Assembly (NCBI RefSeq): GCF_000315625.1
Contig: NW_005434652.1
Span: 696,091 to 760,090 of the forward strand
Length of the DNA stretch: 64,000 nt
Reading direction: 5' to 3'
Source: Guillardia theta CCMP2712
Taxonomy: Eukaryota; Protista; Cryptophyta
Positions 34,240-46,310 of this stretch are shown here, piece after piece. The first letter of the stretch is position 1; each line of letters begins with the position of its first letter. Below the pieces are notes generated by a model. The model was not told where the DNA came from. It made no database searches and worked only from the letters and a program-made list of their open reading frames with translations. The position numbers and the translations under genes were made by a program.

Positions 34240-36887
34240 TTCATGGACCAGGAGACAACTGACAATTGCCAACCTGCCGTTAGCAAGTCAGCCAGGGCTG
34301 ATTTACTTCGCTTTCACTCACGTCGACTTGTACAGATTGAAGTCTATCTGACTGTAAATGCGATAAAAGTGAAATTGTCTCTAACACTTGTCAGACTTGC
34401 TCTGACTTCTTTGTTTCGGACCATACCTCAACCGATTTCACCGAGGGGAAGGGAGAGGGGGAGAAGCGCCGGGTAAGGACGCAGGAGGCAGGTTGTGGCA
34501 AAGAGACAGTGAATGAGTGGGTCTGAAAGAGAACAGTGGAAGTGAATAGAGGAGACAGGGAGGAATCATGCATGACGCTACATGGCATAAACTTCCTGAG
34601 CTCCCGCTCCGTCACCTGTCGCAAGGAGAGCGTTCTCTCCAGACCGAGCGGGGAAGGGGATCTACACTGGCTGCTCTCGACTTTCCTCCGATCCGTGGGA
34701 GCCAGACGGACCGAGCAGCCACGAGGAAGCAGGTGAATGCCGACCAAGCTTCCTCCTTCCTATGACTAGTTCTCCAGCGGGGGGAGGGAGTCTCGAAGCC
34801 TGACTTGGAGGAGCATGTTCTCAGCCTGCATCACCGAGCGGTGGGAGTGACGGGAGCGGCTGGTGGAGGCGCCTTGATGCGCATGCAGGTCTCTCTCAAC
34901 GAGCGAGGCCTGAAGCACGACGCTGAGAGCCTCTACGCGCGCATCCTCAAGTTGGACATGAGGGCCCCGATGAGAATCCTGGTGCTCAACAACCTCGCGC
35001 TGCTGCATGAGAGCAGGGGAAACTTGAGAGAGTAGAGCTGCAGCTTGTTGACTGCCCGAGCTCACCTCGTGCTCGACAGATCGGAACGCTTGTACAGGCA
35101 GGCGATGACCCTCAGCGTCGACCCCAAGGACTTGTACTGCCGCCGCTGCTGCAAGCGCATGTCAGCCCCGGCAGAGGACGCTGGTGTGGCTCAAGGTGCT
35201 GAAGGAGAGGCGGGCTTGCAGTCTGAGCTCTTCCTTCAGTAACATGCAGCACGTGCGGCATCAAACACGCAGCAGCAGCTTCTGCCTGGTGCCGCAACTG
35301 CTCCCTCTCGGTGCTCCCTCGTGCGATGTTTCTCAGCTGACTGGCGCCTGGTGAAGCTCTGCAGGGACTGCAGGGAGTGCTGGAAGGTGCCGGGGCTGCT
35401 CAAGTCGACGCAGACAGCTCGGAACTACTCCAAGTTGTAAGGGGAGGCAAAGGCAACGAGTTGACGTACTGGATCTACAGGTTCAAGCAGACGCAGCTCG
35501 GGCAATATGATGAGGCGAGCGGGGGAGAGGTGAGAGTGAAAAGGAAGTGAGCTGTGATATCAGGCAGAGAAGCTTCTGTTTCTGGCTCTTGCATCGCTGA
35601 AGAAGATTGCACGCGAGGACAGTTGCAAGTCCCAGCAGCTCTTGCAAGCAGAAGCATGCATGATTCTGTCGCAGTATGGCGATCTTGTGATGCGACCATT
35701 GGCAGCTCTTGCTGTGACATGATAGATTTGATTGCAGTTGTTGGATGCCGTCGAGAGAGAACTGAAAGACAAGTCCACTTCTTCTCCTGCCCTCCTTGAC
35801 AAGCTGGAAGTTGCAGTGCAGGTAGGGTACGAAGGGTCTGGTTGTCTTTGACGCACGCCAGTACTTGACAGCCTCGCTCAAGCTCAACGAGCATCAAGCT
35901 CAGAGCAGGTGAGGCGAGCCTGCCGCTTCTTCTCTGAGTCAGTCGGAGGTTCTTGTTGGGCAAGTGCTACTTCGTGGCGGCTTCCTTGCTCAGCGCAAAG
36001 GGAGTCGGCGGCGGCGAGCTGGGCAGCCTGCTGGGAGATGCCAAGGTGAAGGGAAAACAGGCGCAAGCAGCCATGACTGAACTAGCGAGCAAACATCTTC
36101 ATCTCGCCCTTCGTGAGATGCTTGACCTTGTTTTGCTCGCCTGCTGACTCTCCCTATGGAGAGATCGACTCCAACTTCCTCCCCGCCAGGTTTCAGCTCT
36201 CGCTCCTCCTCTCAAAGCTCAACAGGCTGGAGTCCCTCAAGAACCTCAAGACCCTCTTGACTGTCGAGCCCCGGCATGTCCCCAGCCTTCTCGAATTTGG
36301 TCGCCTGCTACAGACATGCGGGCAGAGCCTGAAGCGCCTGCGGCCCTTCCGGAGGAGAGAGGCATGGCAGGAGCTGTTCTTCCTTGAGGCGCAGGCCCTG
36401 TTCAAGCGAGCGATCAGCATGCAGCCTGACAGTCCAGTGGCGCTGCTGGAGTATTGCATCTCTTGCACTCAGAGCAAGACGAGCGAAGACGAGGTGAGGA
36501 GGATCGTGCAGCGGGTGACGGAGCGTAAACCGACGGACGCTGCCATCCTCTGCAACTTGGGCTGCCTGCTGCAGAAGCTTGGAGAGAACAAGAAAGCAGA
36601 GGAAGCGCTGCTGCAGGCCATCGCACGAGCACCCAACCACCTGCCGTCCATCTACAACCTAGCTCGGCTGCATCACTACTTCCTCTCCAACCGCCAGCTC
36701 GCCCTCCGCTTCTACGACAAGGTACACGTCCGCCGCTTCCTCGTGGTGCCTGAGGGCCTGACAGGTTCTGAGCCTCGAAGAGGAGGAAGGAGACGAGGCG
36801 AGTGCGAACATCATGAAGATGACCAGAGATCAGAAGAGATTCATTCGCGTCACTCAGAATTTGAAGTTTATTAACCAGAGAAGTTGA
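34240..36887 (+). CDS. Multi-exon TPR-repeat protein
   Basis: AESLYARILKLD...LNNLALLHE, AQALFKRAISMQPDSPVALLEY and ILCNLGCLLQKLGENKKAEEALLQAIARAPNHLPSIYNLA. Last exon ends INQRS* at 36887; start approximate. Confidence 0.75.
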
Positions 36888-37017
36888 ATGTCAACAAAGA
36901 AGTTTGAATCGTCCATCCCTCCTCCAGCCCTTGAGCGTCATCCTCATATTCCATCCGTCCTCCCCATCCTTGGTCTCTCTTTCTCCTCCTTCATCCGCCT
37001 CTCGCTCCTTCCTCCCT

Positions 37018-40000
37018 TCACCCACCAGTCTTCTCGGTCGACATCTGCCACCAGTCAAGAACTCCCTGCGCTGACGTCTGCACGGCGCTGACTTGCAGGC
37101 TGAGCGACCGATGCCATTCCAAGTTCTTCTTAGCTCGCATCCTCTGAAGCTCCTCGTAGTTAGGAAACGAGATCTCGCTTGTCCCCCTCCAAGTATCTCC
37201 TTCCTCCTCCCATGACTCCTTCCTCCCCTTCCCCTTCAGCCACGTGCTGTACCATCCCCAGAACTCGTCCACTGAGATCGCTTCCTCCTTCTTGCACACC
37301 AGCAGCAAATCCTGCGCAAACTGCGCGTCCCACGTGTGGCCCAGCAAGTCTCCCACCTCGGGGATCTGGTGCTTGTAGATATGATCGTTGGAGGAGTTTG
37401 CGCTGAGGACGCGCTGCCTGATGATCGCCTTCGTCATCTCCAGCTTCTCCATCTCGTCCTGCCTCTCAGCAATTAACGAGGGAGACGAAAGAGACCCCAG
37501 CGAGGACGGTCGATCTTGATCCTGCTCCAGGATCTGTCTCCTCTGAGCTTCACCTTCCCCTGCTACTTGCGCGTCCCTCGCTCGTTTGGCATCAGCAATC
37601 TTCCTGTTGAGCATGAAGACGAAAGAGAGAAAGTCCTTGTGGTCCAGGAGGCCGTTCTGTCTTCGATCTGCTTCGCGCAGAACGGCTCGGATGTCCGAGG
37701 GGGAGAGGAGGAGGCCGAGCGTCTTGAGCGCCTTGGAAAGCTCCTGCTCGTCGATGGTGCCGGAGGCGTCAACATCGATCTTGTAGAAGAACTTGGAGAT
37801 GATGACAGACGCCTGTTGAGGGTCGTCGATGGGGTGGAAGATGAGCAACTTCACTTCGTTCTTCTGGTTCTCCGTCATGAAGCCCTGTGACTCCTGCTCT
37901 TCGTCACCACTGTCATCTTTCACCCATCTGAGAGCCTTGGTCCTGTCATCGTACTGCATCTTCCATCCTTGATCAGGCGATACCAGCTTCAAGCGGTTCA
38001 GCTGGGAAGTGGCCAGGGGGTCGAACAGGCGAAGCTCCTCCGTCCTTCCTCGCAGCATCATCTGCTCCATCCTGCTGAACTGCTTAGGATGCTCTGGGAA
38101 CACGCGGAGCTCGAGCTCTTCCTTTGGTAATCTGCCCCTGTTGCTCGCGTGTCCCCACCCGTCCACTCCTTCCCCTAACGCGACTGTGCACACGTTGCCG
38201 TTGATCGTTGCCCTGCTCTCGGGCTCCTTCAGGGTCGCAAGATTTTTGCCTTTAGCCATTCTATGGCCGCGGAGCTTGTCTCGTGCTAGCCGAGCTTCTG
38301 CCATGCGGAAACGCTTGCTGAGCCTGTATCGCCTGAAGTCAAACATCACGTTCAAGTTGGTCAGCGGATTCTCAGCGTCTCTCGATCTCTGAGTCGACTG
38401 CTTGGCGACATGATAAGTGAAGAGTAGAGTGACAGGAAGTGTAATGGAGAGGACAAAGCAAGCGATCCAGACGCTCTCGAGGCTGTTCCTCGCTCCCTCA
38501 CAGAGGTTCTTGTACCACTTGTTGTAGACTAAAGTCAAGCTCTCACAGGAGCCCATGGTCATCATCTCGCTGATAGTCTTTTGAATGTCTTCATTGTTCG
38601 CCAGTGCCATCTTGTCAAATTGGTACCGCTGCTGGCTAGCTGAGAGCTTGACGCTGTCCAACGAGCTTCTGAGCGACTGAACGTCTTGCTGCATGCTTGA
38701 AATCTGCTGCTGAAGCAAGTCAAGATACAGCTTGAACGCTTGTCCTCGCGTGGAGCTGGGGTCGTATCTAGAGGAGTACCCAAACTCATCTCCTGTCGCC
38801 TGCATGTCCATGACGGTCTGCAGCTCGGGCTCGATGACCCTCAGGTAGTCGGCAATCATGAGAGTGCTCAGCACATCATCACTGACGCGGCTGTAGAGCT
38901 GCAGGGGCGACAAGCTCCGTTGCATCCCCAAGATGTTCATCTTCTGCAAGCTCCACATGTCGCCGGATGGTCGGAGAGCGCAATCAGAGATGGTATTTCG
39001 CAGGTTGTTGTCAACCAGTTGGAGAGTCAGGAAGAAAACAGAGGAAGAGTTGGTGGAGGCGGGGGGAGGGAGCAGCAAGCGACACATGTCTTCTTGAGGA
39101 ACAACGAACACAGAAGTTATCCCCCATAACACCCAACTGAACAACGATGCGAGAAGGATCAAAACCTTGCCCAAAGTCCAGAGAGCTTGCAAGCCCAGAA
39201 GGAGGGAAAGATATAGACACGCAATCGTTAAAAAGACGAACCCCCAGAAGGCATAGGCGATCACTCTTCGCAAAGTACGGGAGTTTGCCTCGGAACTGAA
39301 AATATGTTGCGTCTGCTGATAAAACTCTATGCTCCAGGTCGAGATGAGCTTGAGCTGGTTGAAGAGCAAGTCTGACAGTTGTGCAATGGCACTATTGCAT
39401 TCATCGCTTGTATAAAAGTGAAAGCTGTTGCTGCTCTTGCTGGGCTGGATGGAAAACGAAGATAAGACCTTGTCAATGCTCTGGATCACGGCTTCGCATG
39501 AGCGGCAGCATGGACACAGTCTATTGCTGTTATCGTCATTCTTGCAGGCAGGATTTGGGATGAAGGCGTTGGTATTTTCAAGTATGGTCCCATTCCCAAT
39601 CTTCCTCACGGTAAGGGAGCCATTTGTTTGATTGACCGTGAGAGGACAAAGGTTCCTAAAGTCCCACAGGGTCTCGTTTGACATGATACACTGATCTGCT
39701 GCAACAGATTCTTTGCAGCCCTCGACCAGAAGCGCAAACCTCTTCATCTTGGAGCGGAGGCCGAGGACCAACGTGCTGGTCCGATTCCAGTCTCCGTCAA
39801 GGTACCCGCGCATCAGCTCCAGAGTCTTGTTTCTGCTCGTCAGGTCTGCAGCGAAGCTCTGCTTCAATCGCTCTGTCTGGCTGCTCACCTCCCTCAACCT
39901 CTGCAAGGGGTAATCCAAGACCTGCCGTCTGCTTGAGGTCAGCTCGACCAGGCTGAAGTCCAGCTGAGAGCTGCTGGATATCCCGATGATGCTGATGCAG

Positions 40001-40968
40001 GATGCAAACACCAGCAGGCAGACGTACAAGACACTCGAGCAGATTTGCCACCTCGGGCTGTAGACCACCAGAGGGACTCTGGTGAACAAGTCAAGGCAGC
40101 CGACCTGCATGTGGCCCTCGGAGAAGCAGAAGAGCGGTAGGAGAGAGAGGTTTCTGCTGCAAGCAAACAAGGCCGATGCCATGAGCAGCAGAACCCCTGG
40201 AACGATTACGATCCCCCACATCGCGCACCAGAGAGCAACATCCATGTATTGACATTGCGCCTCTTCATAGTTTGACCGGAGGGGACTTGAGAAGCACTTG
40301 CCAAGCTTGCTACTCATGGTTGGGGAGAACAGATACCGAAAGAAAGTGATGGGCGCTCCTGAGAACTCATTCTTTCCCATTTTAACGATTTGAAACGTGT
40401 CTGTCGAGTTGATAGACGGCAGGCCAGCATTCGAGAAGGCTGTTTGAAAGTTCTTCAACATCAATCGACTCGGGAATGAACTCGAATGGTTTGTCCGGAC
40501 TTGAAGATCGATCTTCACTTTGTCCAGACTGCTGGATGAGGCAGCGCTTACGGTGATTTCTTCGGCTTTGACTTTCAACAGACCTGATAAAGCTACGACG
40601 TACTTGGCTTTCTGTTGTTCAAAGTCTCGCCCCTGCATCCTCAAGTAGAACTCAACTTGCGCGTAATGTCCCACGTACTGAACTGTAAAATTCCCATCAT
40701 ATGATAGATGAGGCAGGTGATAAATCATCGACCGGCTGAACCACTTTGACACATGCCTGTATGCAGATTGGTCTGCGCTTCTCTTGTCAAACATTCCCAT
40801 CCCCCAAAACAAGAGGATGAAATTCAAACATAGGAGGAAGAAGAGGAGGAGGGAAGGCAGAAGCTGAGAGCAATGAGCCGAATCCTGCATCTGACTTGAG
40901 TTCTTGGTCTGTGCATCAGAGGCATCAAGCAACTCTGCATCGCCATCCGACAATTCGTTGTGAAACAT
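37018..40968 (-). CDS. Prominin-like multi-pass membrane protein with cytosolic C-terminal EF-hand pair
   Basis: 1316-codon ORF. TM pairs flank two large N-glycosylated helical loops. Prominin-like GSCESLTLVYNKWYKNLCEGARNSLESVWIACFVLSITLPVTLLFTYHVAK; EF-hands DVDASGTIDEQE and DRRQNGLLDHKD. Family call is from remembered motif pattern, not a search. Confidence 0.65.
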   Translation of the reverse strand: MFHNELSDGDAELLDASDAQTKNSSQMQDSAHCSQLLPSLLLFFLLCLNFILLFWGMGMFDKRSADQSAYRHVSKWFSRSMIYHLPHLSYDGNFTVQYVGHYAQVEFYLRMQGRDFEQQKAKYVVALSGLLKVKAEEITVSAASSSSLDKVKIDLQVRTNHSSSFPSRLMLKNFQTAFSNAGLPSINSTDTFQIVKMGKNEFSGAPITFFRYLFSPTMSSKLGKCFSSPLRSNYEEAQCQYMDVALWCAMWGIVIVPGVLLLMASALFACSRNLSLLPLFCFSEGHMQVGCLDLFTRVPLVVYSPRWQICSSVLYVCLLVFASCISIIGISSSSQLDFSLVELTSSRRQVLDYPLQRLREVSSQTERLKQSFAADLTSRNKTLELMRGYLDGDWNRTSTLVLGLRSKMKRFALLVEGCKESVAADQCIMSNETLWDFRNLCPLTVNQTNGSLTVRKIGNGTILENTNAFIPNPACKNDDNSNRLCPCCRSCEAVIQSIDKVLSSFSIQPSKSSNSFHFYTSDECNSAIAQLSDLLFNQLKLISTWSIEFYQQTQHIFSSEANSRTLRRVIAYAFWGFVFLTIACLYLSLLLGLQALWTLGKVLILLASLFSWVLWGITSVFVVPQEDMCRLLLPPPASTNSSSVFFLTLQLVDNNLRNTISDCALRPSGDMWSLQKMNILGMQRSLSPLQLYSRVSDDVLSTLMIADYLRVIEPELQTVMDMQATGDEFGYSSRYDPSSTRGQAFKLYLDLLQQQISSMQQDVQSLRSSLDSVKLSASQQRYQFDKMALANNEDIQKTISEMMTMGSCESLTLVYNKWYKNLCEGARNSLESVWIACFVLSITLPVTLLFTYHVAKQSTQRSRDAENPLTNLNVMFDFRRYRLSKRFRMAEARLARDKLRGHRMAKGKNLATLKEPESRATINGNVCTVALGEGVDGWGHASNRGRLPKEELELRVFPEHPKQFSRMEQMMLRGRTEELRLFDPLATSQLNRLKLVSPDQGWKMQYDDRTKALRWVKDDSGDEEQESQGFMTENQKNEVKLLIFHPIDDPQQASVIISKFFYKIDVDASGTIDEQELSKALKTLGLLLSPSDIRAVLREADRRQNGLLDHKDFLSFVFMLNRKIADAKRARDAQVAGEGEAQRRQILEQDQDRPSSLGSLSSPSLIAERQDEMEKLEMTKAIIRQRVLSANSSNDHIYKHQIPEVGDLLGHTWDAQFAQDLLLVCKKEEAISVDEFWGWYSTWLKGKGRKESWEEEGDTWRGTSEISFPNYEELQRMRAKKNLEWHRSLSLQVSAVQTSAQGVLDWWQMSTEKTGG

Positions 40969-41529
40969 TCTTACCGTTATGACCCGGCGATGCTCCCTCC
41001 TATGTCCTTCCGATAAGTTCCGCTGCTTTCTCCCCTCTGAGTCTCCTCCCCTTCTCCCTTCACCTTGCCTCTTGGCTCATACGATGCCCTGGCAGCCGGT
41101 GATCCCGGCCGTTCTTCGGCATGTCCCCGACTGCTCGCTGTTGACTCACCGGGTCTTACCAGGATTACTATCATCCTACACTTCCTAGCACCTTACAGCA
41201 TCGAGACCCTCATCCCCGCTCACTTGACTGAAGACATTCCTCTATACCCCTCGTCCCCGCTCATACCGCTTGTCCCTTCGCCTTCATATTGTGTACCCCC
41301 ACCCCTGGGGAAACACTCCTGCCACCATATCATTCTCAAGTTCTCATGTACCCCTACCCCCTTCAAATGCTCCAGAGCAAAGGTCTGTCTTATGTTCGAG
41401 TCCAATGATTAGTATTATTCGATCATTCTTATGACAAATTTCAATATACCTTTGTTCTCTTGTAGTTGGCGTCCGTCACCCACCCATTGCAAATATAGTA
41501 CCTACACCCCCACCCCCATGTTTGGAGGT

Positions 41530-42300
41530 ACCCCAAGGTCCTACCCCTGTCGTTGGTAAGTCGGAGAAGGAGGAGGCGGCATGCGGCTGATCGCGCTCTT
41601 CGACCACAACAACTCGGCATGGGTGAACTACCAGAGCAACGGGACTCCCGTCTGCCCCTCACACAATGGCTGCTGCTACAACCCCGGCGAGGATGCTGAC
41701 GGCAATGCCACGGTACGACTTGAGGAGGTGGAGAAAAGGTGGTAGAGCGAGTTCGGGATAGAAGCTGTGACAGCAGAATGACGAGTAGAGGAGTAGTGCA
41801 ACGGTACCAGAATGATAGTTGGAAAGGGTACAACGCAGAAACAAAAGGTGAAGCACAGAAAGAAGAGTGCTCAGGTTTTCAGCGTCAAGGTTGTATTTAT
41901 CCGTTGGCGCTTTCATAGAGTTGTTTGTCGTTGATCTCAAGGGAGATGGTTGAATGGTTCACAGATGGTGACACTTGGTTTTGCAGCCATGGTGCGAATG
42001 TGTAGACAAGGCTTGTGATCGGGATATCGTTCCAGTTCAATTTCTTTAGATGACGAACTTCGTAACAGTGGATCATTGCGCTTGTTTTCTCACATTGTGC
42101 AAATTGTCAGTGTGACATTAAAGGTGCATAGTCCTTTGTGACATCCGATGTGATCGAAAAAACGAGATGGACATCGTTTTCTCTGGCGTCTTTCTGACTC
42201 CTAACAAGTTTTGGCATGTGCCATTGACTGGAGCACTCTTCAGCTGGTTATTCATTAACTTCTTGTCAATCTGGTTTGAATGTACAGTAACTTAGAAGAA
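41530..42300 (-). CDS. Possible small multi-exon membrane protein (or 3' extension of the neighbouring gene)
   Basis: TM-like GIAVSILAGVVAAAI can splice to FTHAELLWSKSAISRMPPPPSPTY. Other exons are poorly resolved. Confidence 0.25.
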
Positions 42301-45300
42301 TAGAGCTCCATGCGGAGTCAACGAGATCAACATCCTTGCAATGGACAGGGTGAAGTTTTCTTCAAATCTCTCAGTGGCTGGTTGAATCGTCCTCGTCGCC
42401 GTTCTGCATCAGCAACGTCACTGACGAACAGTGATGAGTACGTTTGGAGGGGCAACTAACCCTGGAAGCGTTCACTCACTCAGTATGCACGACTTTAGTG
42501 TTTGACTGCTGCGGCTGAAAGAAAACAGTGAGAGAGTTCATCGAATCAGGACATGAAATATGTTTACAGGGGTTGCTTCATCGACAGGCTTCTGAACAGC
42601 CTGCAGCGCATCTTCTGCTATTGCATACATCAGCAAGCAACGAGCAGGACATCCTCACACTCATCCTCTCTCACTTGCAGCAGCCGCTTGCACCAGATGT
42701 TCCATGCGGCGACCATCTACCTCCGGGGAAGACGTAGCTGTTGAACCTGCTGAAAGACAGTCAAGAGCTTCAAAAACAGCCGGCAGCAGCCTACCGAGCT
42801 GAGAGGCGTAGGAATGAGCTCCTTTGCCGATGGCTGCAGCCGCCGATCCGAATTCCACGACAAGTGCCGCATAGCTCTTAGCAGTCCTGACCTCTGAACT
42901 CCTGCTGTTCTTGTCTGCTTCACTCCCCGCACACTGATCGGAATGATTGGCCTTCGACCGTCCTCCTTTCGCCTTCGCATGCTTGCCTGCAAGTCACGTG
43001 AGCATGTTGATCTGGGCTAGAGCACTGTGCTGTGAAGTACTTACCTTCGGTTGTCATCACTTCACATGCGTCGCCATCCTTTTGAGTCTCGTCGAGAGCG
43101 TTCTGAGAGCAATCCACAGTAGCCGCGTCTTCCGAGGTTCCGTCGGAGTTATTTACATGGACAGCACTGGCACTGTTAGCGCCTTCTACCGCATCCTTCG
43201 ATTTCTGTTCTTGCTCAATACCTGAGCCACTCGTCTCTGCGTTGGGGCATTCCAGCTCACTGTCCAATCGACTCTTAAGATGTTCACCACCAGATGTAGT
43301 CGACGTGTTTTGATTGAGCAACGCGTCTCCATAGCTTACTCGCCCTTGTGACTTCATGTTCCCATTCCCCTCCAGACCGCCCGTCAGCGCTTGTGACCAG
43401 TTCATGCCGATGATCACGGCTTTGGCATTTTCTGGTCGAGGAGCCTCAGAGGAATCCAACTCATCCGTGCTTGCATCACTAGCTGGCCTCCTTCCCCTCC
43501 CACGCAACTTCGTATCGATTCTCTTGCTTGAGTCATGTGCGGAGAAAAATTGCACCTGATCCGATACTCCTGATGCAACTGCATCACTCGTAGCCCCTAC
43601 CGAGCAGTTTGCCAACAGGACTTCGGCCGAGGACCGTCCTTTCTCGTTCCGTGGCTGTCTCCTGCGATCCAGCCAAGTCGAGTCTTGGTTATTTTGATAC
43701 TTTGCGTGGGACTCACGAGCCTTTCGCAGCGCCTGCTCTCTCTCCCCCATGTCAGTTGGCACCAGGAGGTCGACATATTCAGTCTTCCGGGTATTCCCGG
43801 GAGGAGTTGCAATGCCGCAGTATCGACGCAGAGCTTGAGTGATGGCGTGCACCTTCACTCTAGAGCCAAGCGTCGCCTTGAACAACTCATCATTGATTTC
43901 AGACCAAAACTTGCACGTGGCATCAGCATTTTTCTCTTTGAGCAGCAAGGAGCCGTCTGGACGTTTTTCGATCTTCCCTTGCTTGATTTTTTCTTGTACA
44001 TATCTTTGCACTGCAGATCTCTGACCCTCAGAACCATGAATCTGGTGCCATTTCTGCGCTGCTGTTGGCGCAAGAAATGATCTTCCTTCGTTCTTGTGAT
44101 TATCTGAAGCTTCGAATCGCAAGGAGTTAGTTGAGGCATCCGTAAAGTCTTGCTGTCCTTCAGCCTTGCCGGGAGCATTCACGGCCTCTTGTCCCGCATT
44201 CATTTGATCATCTGAGCTCAAATTTGCTGACATCATTTCGTTCACGTTCCTATCCTCCTCTTGCTGTGACAGCATTCCAGACTCTGACTTCCCATCTCTC
44301 TGAACAAGGTCGGCAGGATTCATTGGCACGTCACTTTTCTCGCTCAAGCTACCGACATTCTCGCTGGGCTCTGGGTATTTTGAGCCTATCAGGACTGACA
44401 AGGCGGTAGGGCGTGGCTCTGTAGAAGTTGAATGCAAATTATCCTTCGAGGTACGCATTTCAGTTGCAGCTGCTTCATCACTTGAGTTCTTGTAGTGTTT
44501 TTCACGATTTTGCTGTCTCCTCTTGCGAGGGCGATCTTTCGTGGCCCCGTCACTGTTGCTATCCACTGGCAAGGATTTTCTGATTATTTCTGAGTAGCCC
44601 ATCGATGCTTGATTTGCCGTTATGGCTTCAATCGCCTTCTCTGATGCTGGGACACCAACGGCAGGAGAAGCCTCAAGGGTCTTCAAGTATGAGCCTTCAT
44701 TGCCAGACTGGCCTGCGCTTGATGGTGCTGGAGAATTTTCGATCGAGTTCATTTCATCTTCTCGGCTGTTCTTCCCCTTCGCCAAGACGTTGGACGATGC
44801 GTCCTTCGAAGAGCTCGAGGAATTCATCATCAAGACGACTGCTGCACTTAACCTGGGAGCACTCTCTTCAGGAATTCTAGAGCCCATCAGGACTTCGGAT
44901 GCCTTCCACGGGGTATTCATTTCGCCTGTGCCTGCTTCACCTACAGGAAGATCCTCCACCTCTCCGGCTCCTCCTGTATTTCCCTGTTCTTGTTCGCTCC
45001 CAGCAGTCTTCGGGTTCAATTCCTTTGTCTCCTTTTCTTTCTCTTCAGCTTCTGCTACAGACTTTGCCCCTGAGGCTGGTTTTTTCAAAGAGTCATCTGA
45101 GTCGCCTTTCATGCCAGAACTTGAGTCTGCTAGCACCTGCGACTTGCCCTTTGACTTTGCTTTAGCTTTCATCTTCGGATCTTTTGAAACACTGACGGAT
45201 TCCAGCAACTGCTCACTTTCTTTCGTCCTCGAGCTTCTCGTCGAGGCAGCGCTCGCCTTTGCAAGGTTGGCCTTCTTGACGCCGTTATCCTTCTCCTTCG

Positions 45301-46310
45301 GATTGGATTTCGAATTTTCTACCATCGACAGCCTAGTGGACATTCCTGATGTTCTAGGTGTTGTCGAAGTTGAAGATGACTTCTTTCCATTCTTTGCAGT
45401 GTCGGAGCTGAGCCCTAGGAGAGCGGATGCCCCATCAAGAAGCTCGATGTCGTCTGAATGCTTCTTCTTGCCTTTCTTCTTCGTTGTTTGCACCTTGTTC
45501 TTGTTCTGACTTTTAGATCTCAGGTTGATATGATGCTCGACAAGAGGCTGACTGCTTTCCCTCTTTCGTTTGGGCACATTCCTCTCATCCTGATGACCAT
45601 CTTGGGTGCTACTGTTCCTAGTTCGCAACTTTGGGGATGCTGAATCTGTTCTTGATCGTTTGCTTCCTCGAGACACAGATGGAGAACGAGAGCTATCCTT
45701 GACATTTCTAGAAGACTGACTTCGAGATACCTGCAGCAACATGTTAACATCTACATGCCTGAGGAACATTAGAGCTACGCGGTCTTCGCTGGTCCCCCGC
45801 AATCTCTCCTTCCCCTTGGACTTGGATGAGACGTGATCTCCCTAAGCCATGTCATACGAGTACAGATCGCAATTGAATCACTTGATCAGCTGTGTCGTCT
45901 TCGGATGCTTGCAAGTCTGCTATCCAAACTTGAATTTCTTGCTTAGTTCGATGTCTGAATCGAAAACATGTAAACGAACAGATTCAGTTCAAAGACAACA
46001 CTTACGGAAGGTGATTTTCAATGATTCTTTCAATAGCTGCTTTGCCGAAGCATGAAAGACCGCTTACAAGCGCATCCATCTCCCGGTTTGTCGCATCTGG
46101 TCGGTTGCCAGTTTGGGACCCGTGGGGATCAACGACGCCAGTCCAATCGTAGTGGACCCCACAAGCAGTGCAGGTTGTGCATAAATTCAAATTCTTGTCT
46201 GCCCTCAACCCTTGTCGACTTTTTCTCGAATCTTTACAAGCCTGCGGCGAGTCCACACCTTGTTCGTTTCTGGCTTCATCTTCCAAGAGCCCGAGCTTTC
46301 GTTTCACCAT
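42300..46310 (-). CDS. Large low-complexity, probably disordered nuclear protein (hypothetical)
   Basis: 960-codon exon 42920-45802 rich in S/K/E with basic NLS-like clusters (KKKGKKKH, RPRKRR). Candidate first exon MVKRKLG...CTTCTAC at 46310. Continues through an intron near 43045 into GKHAKAKGG. Confidence 0.6.
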
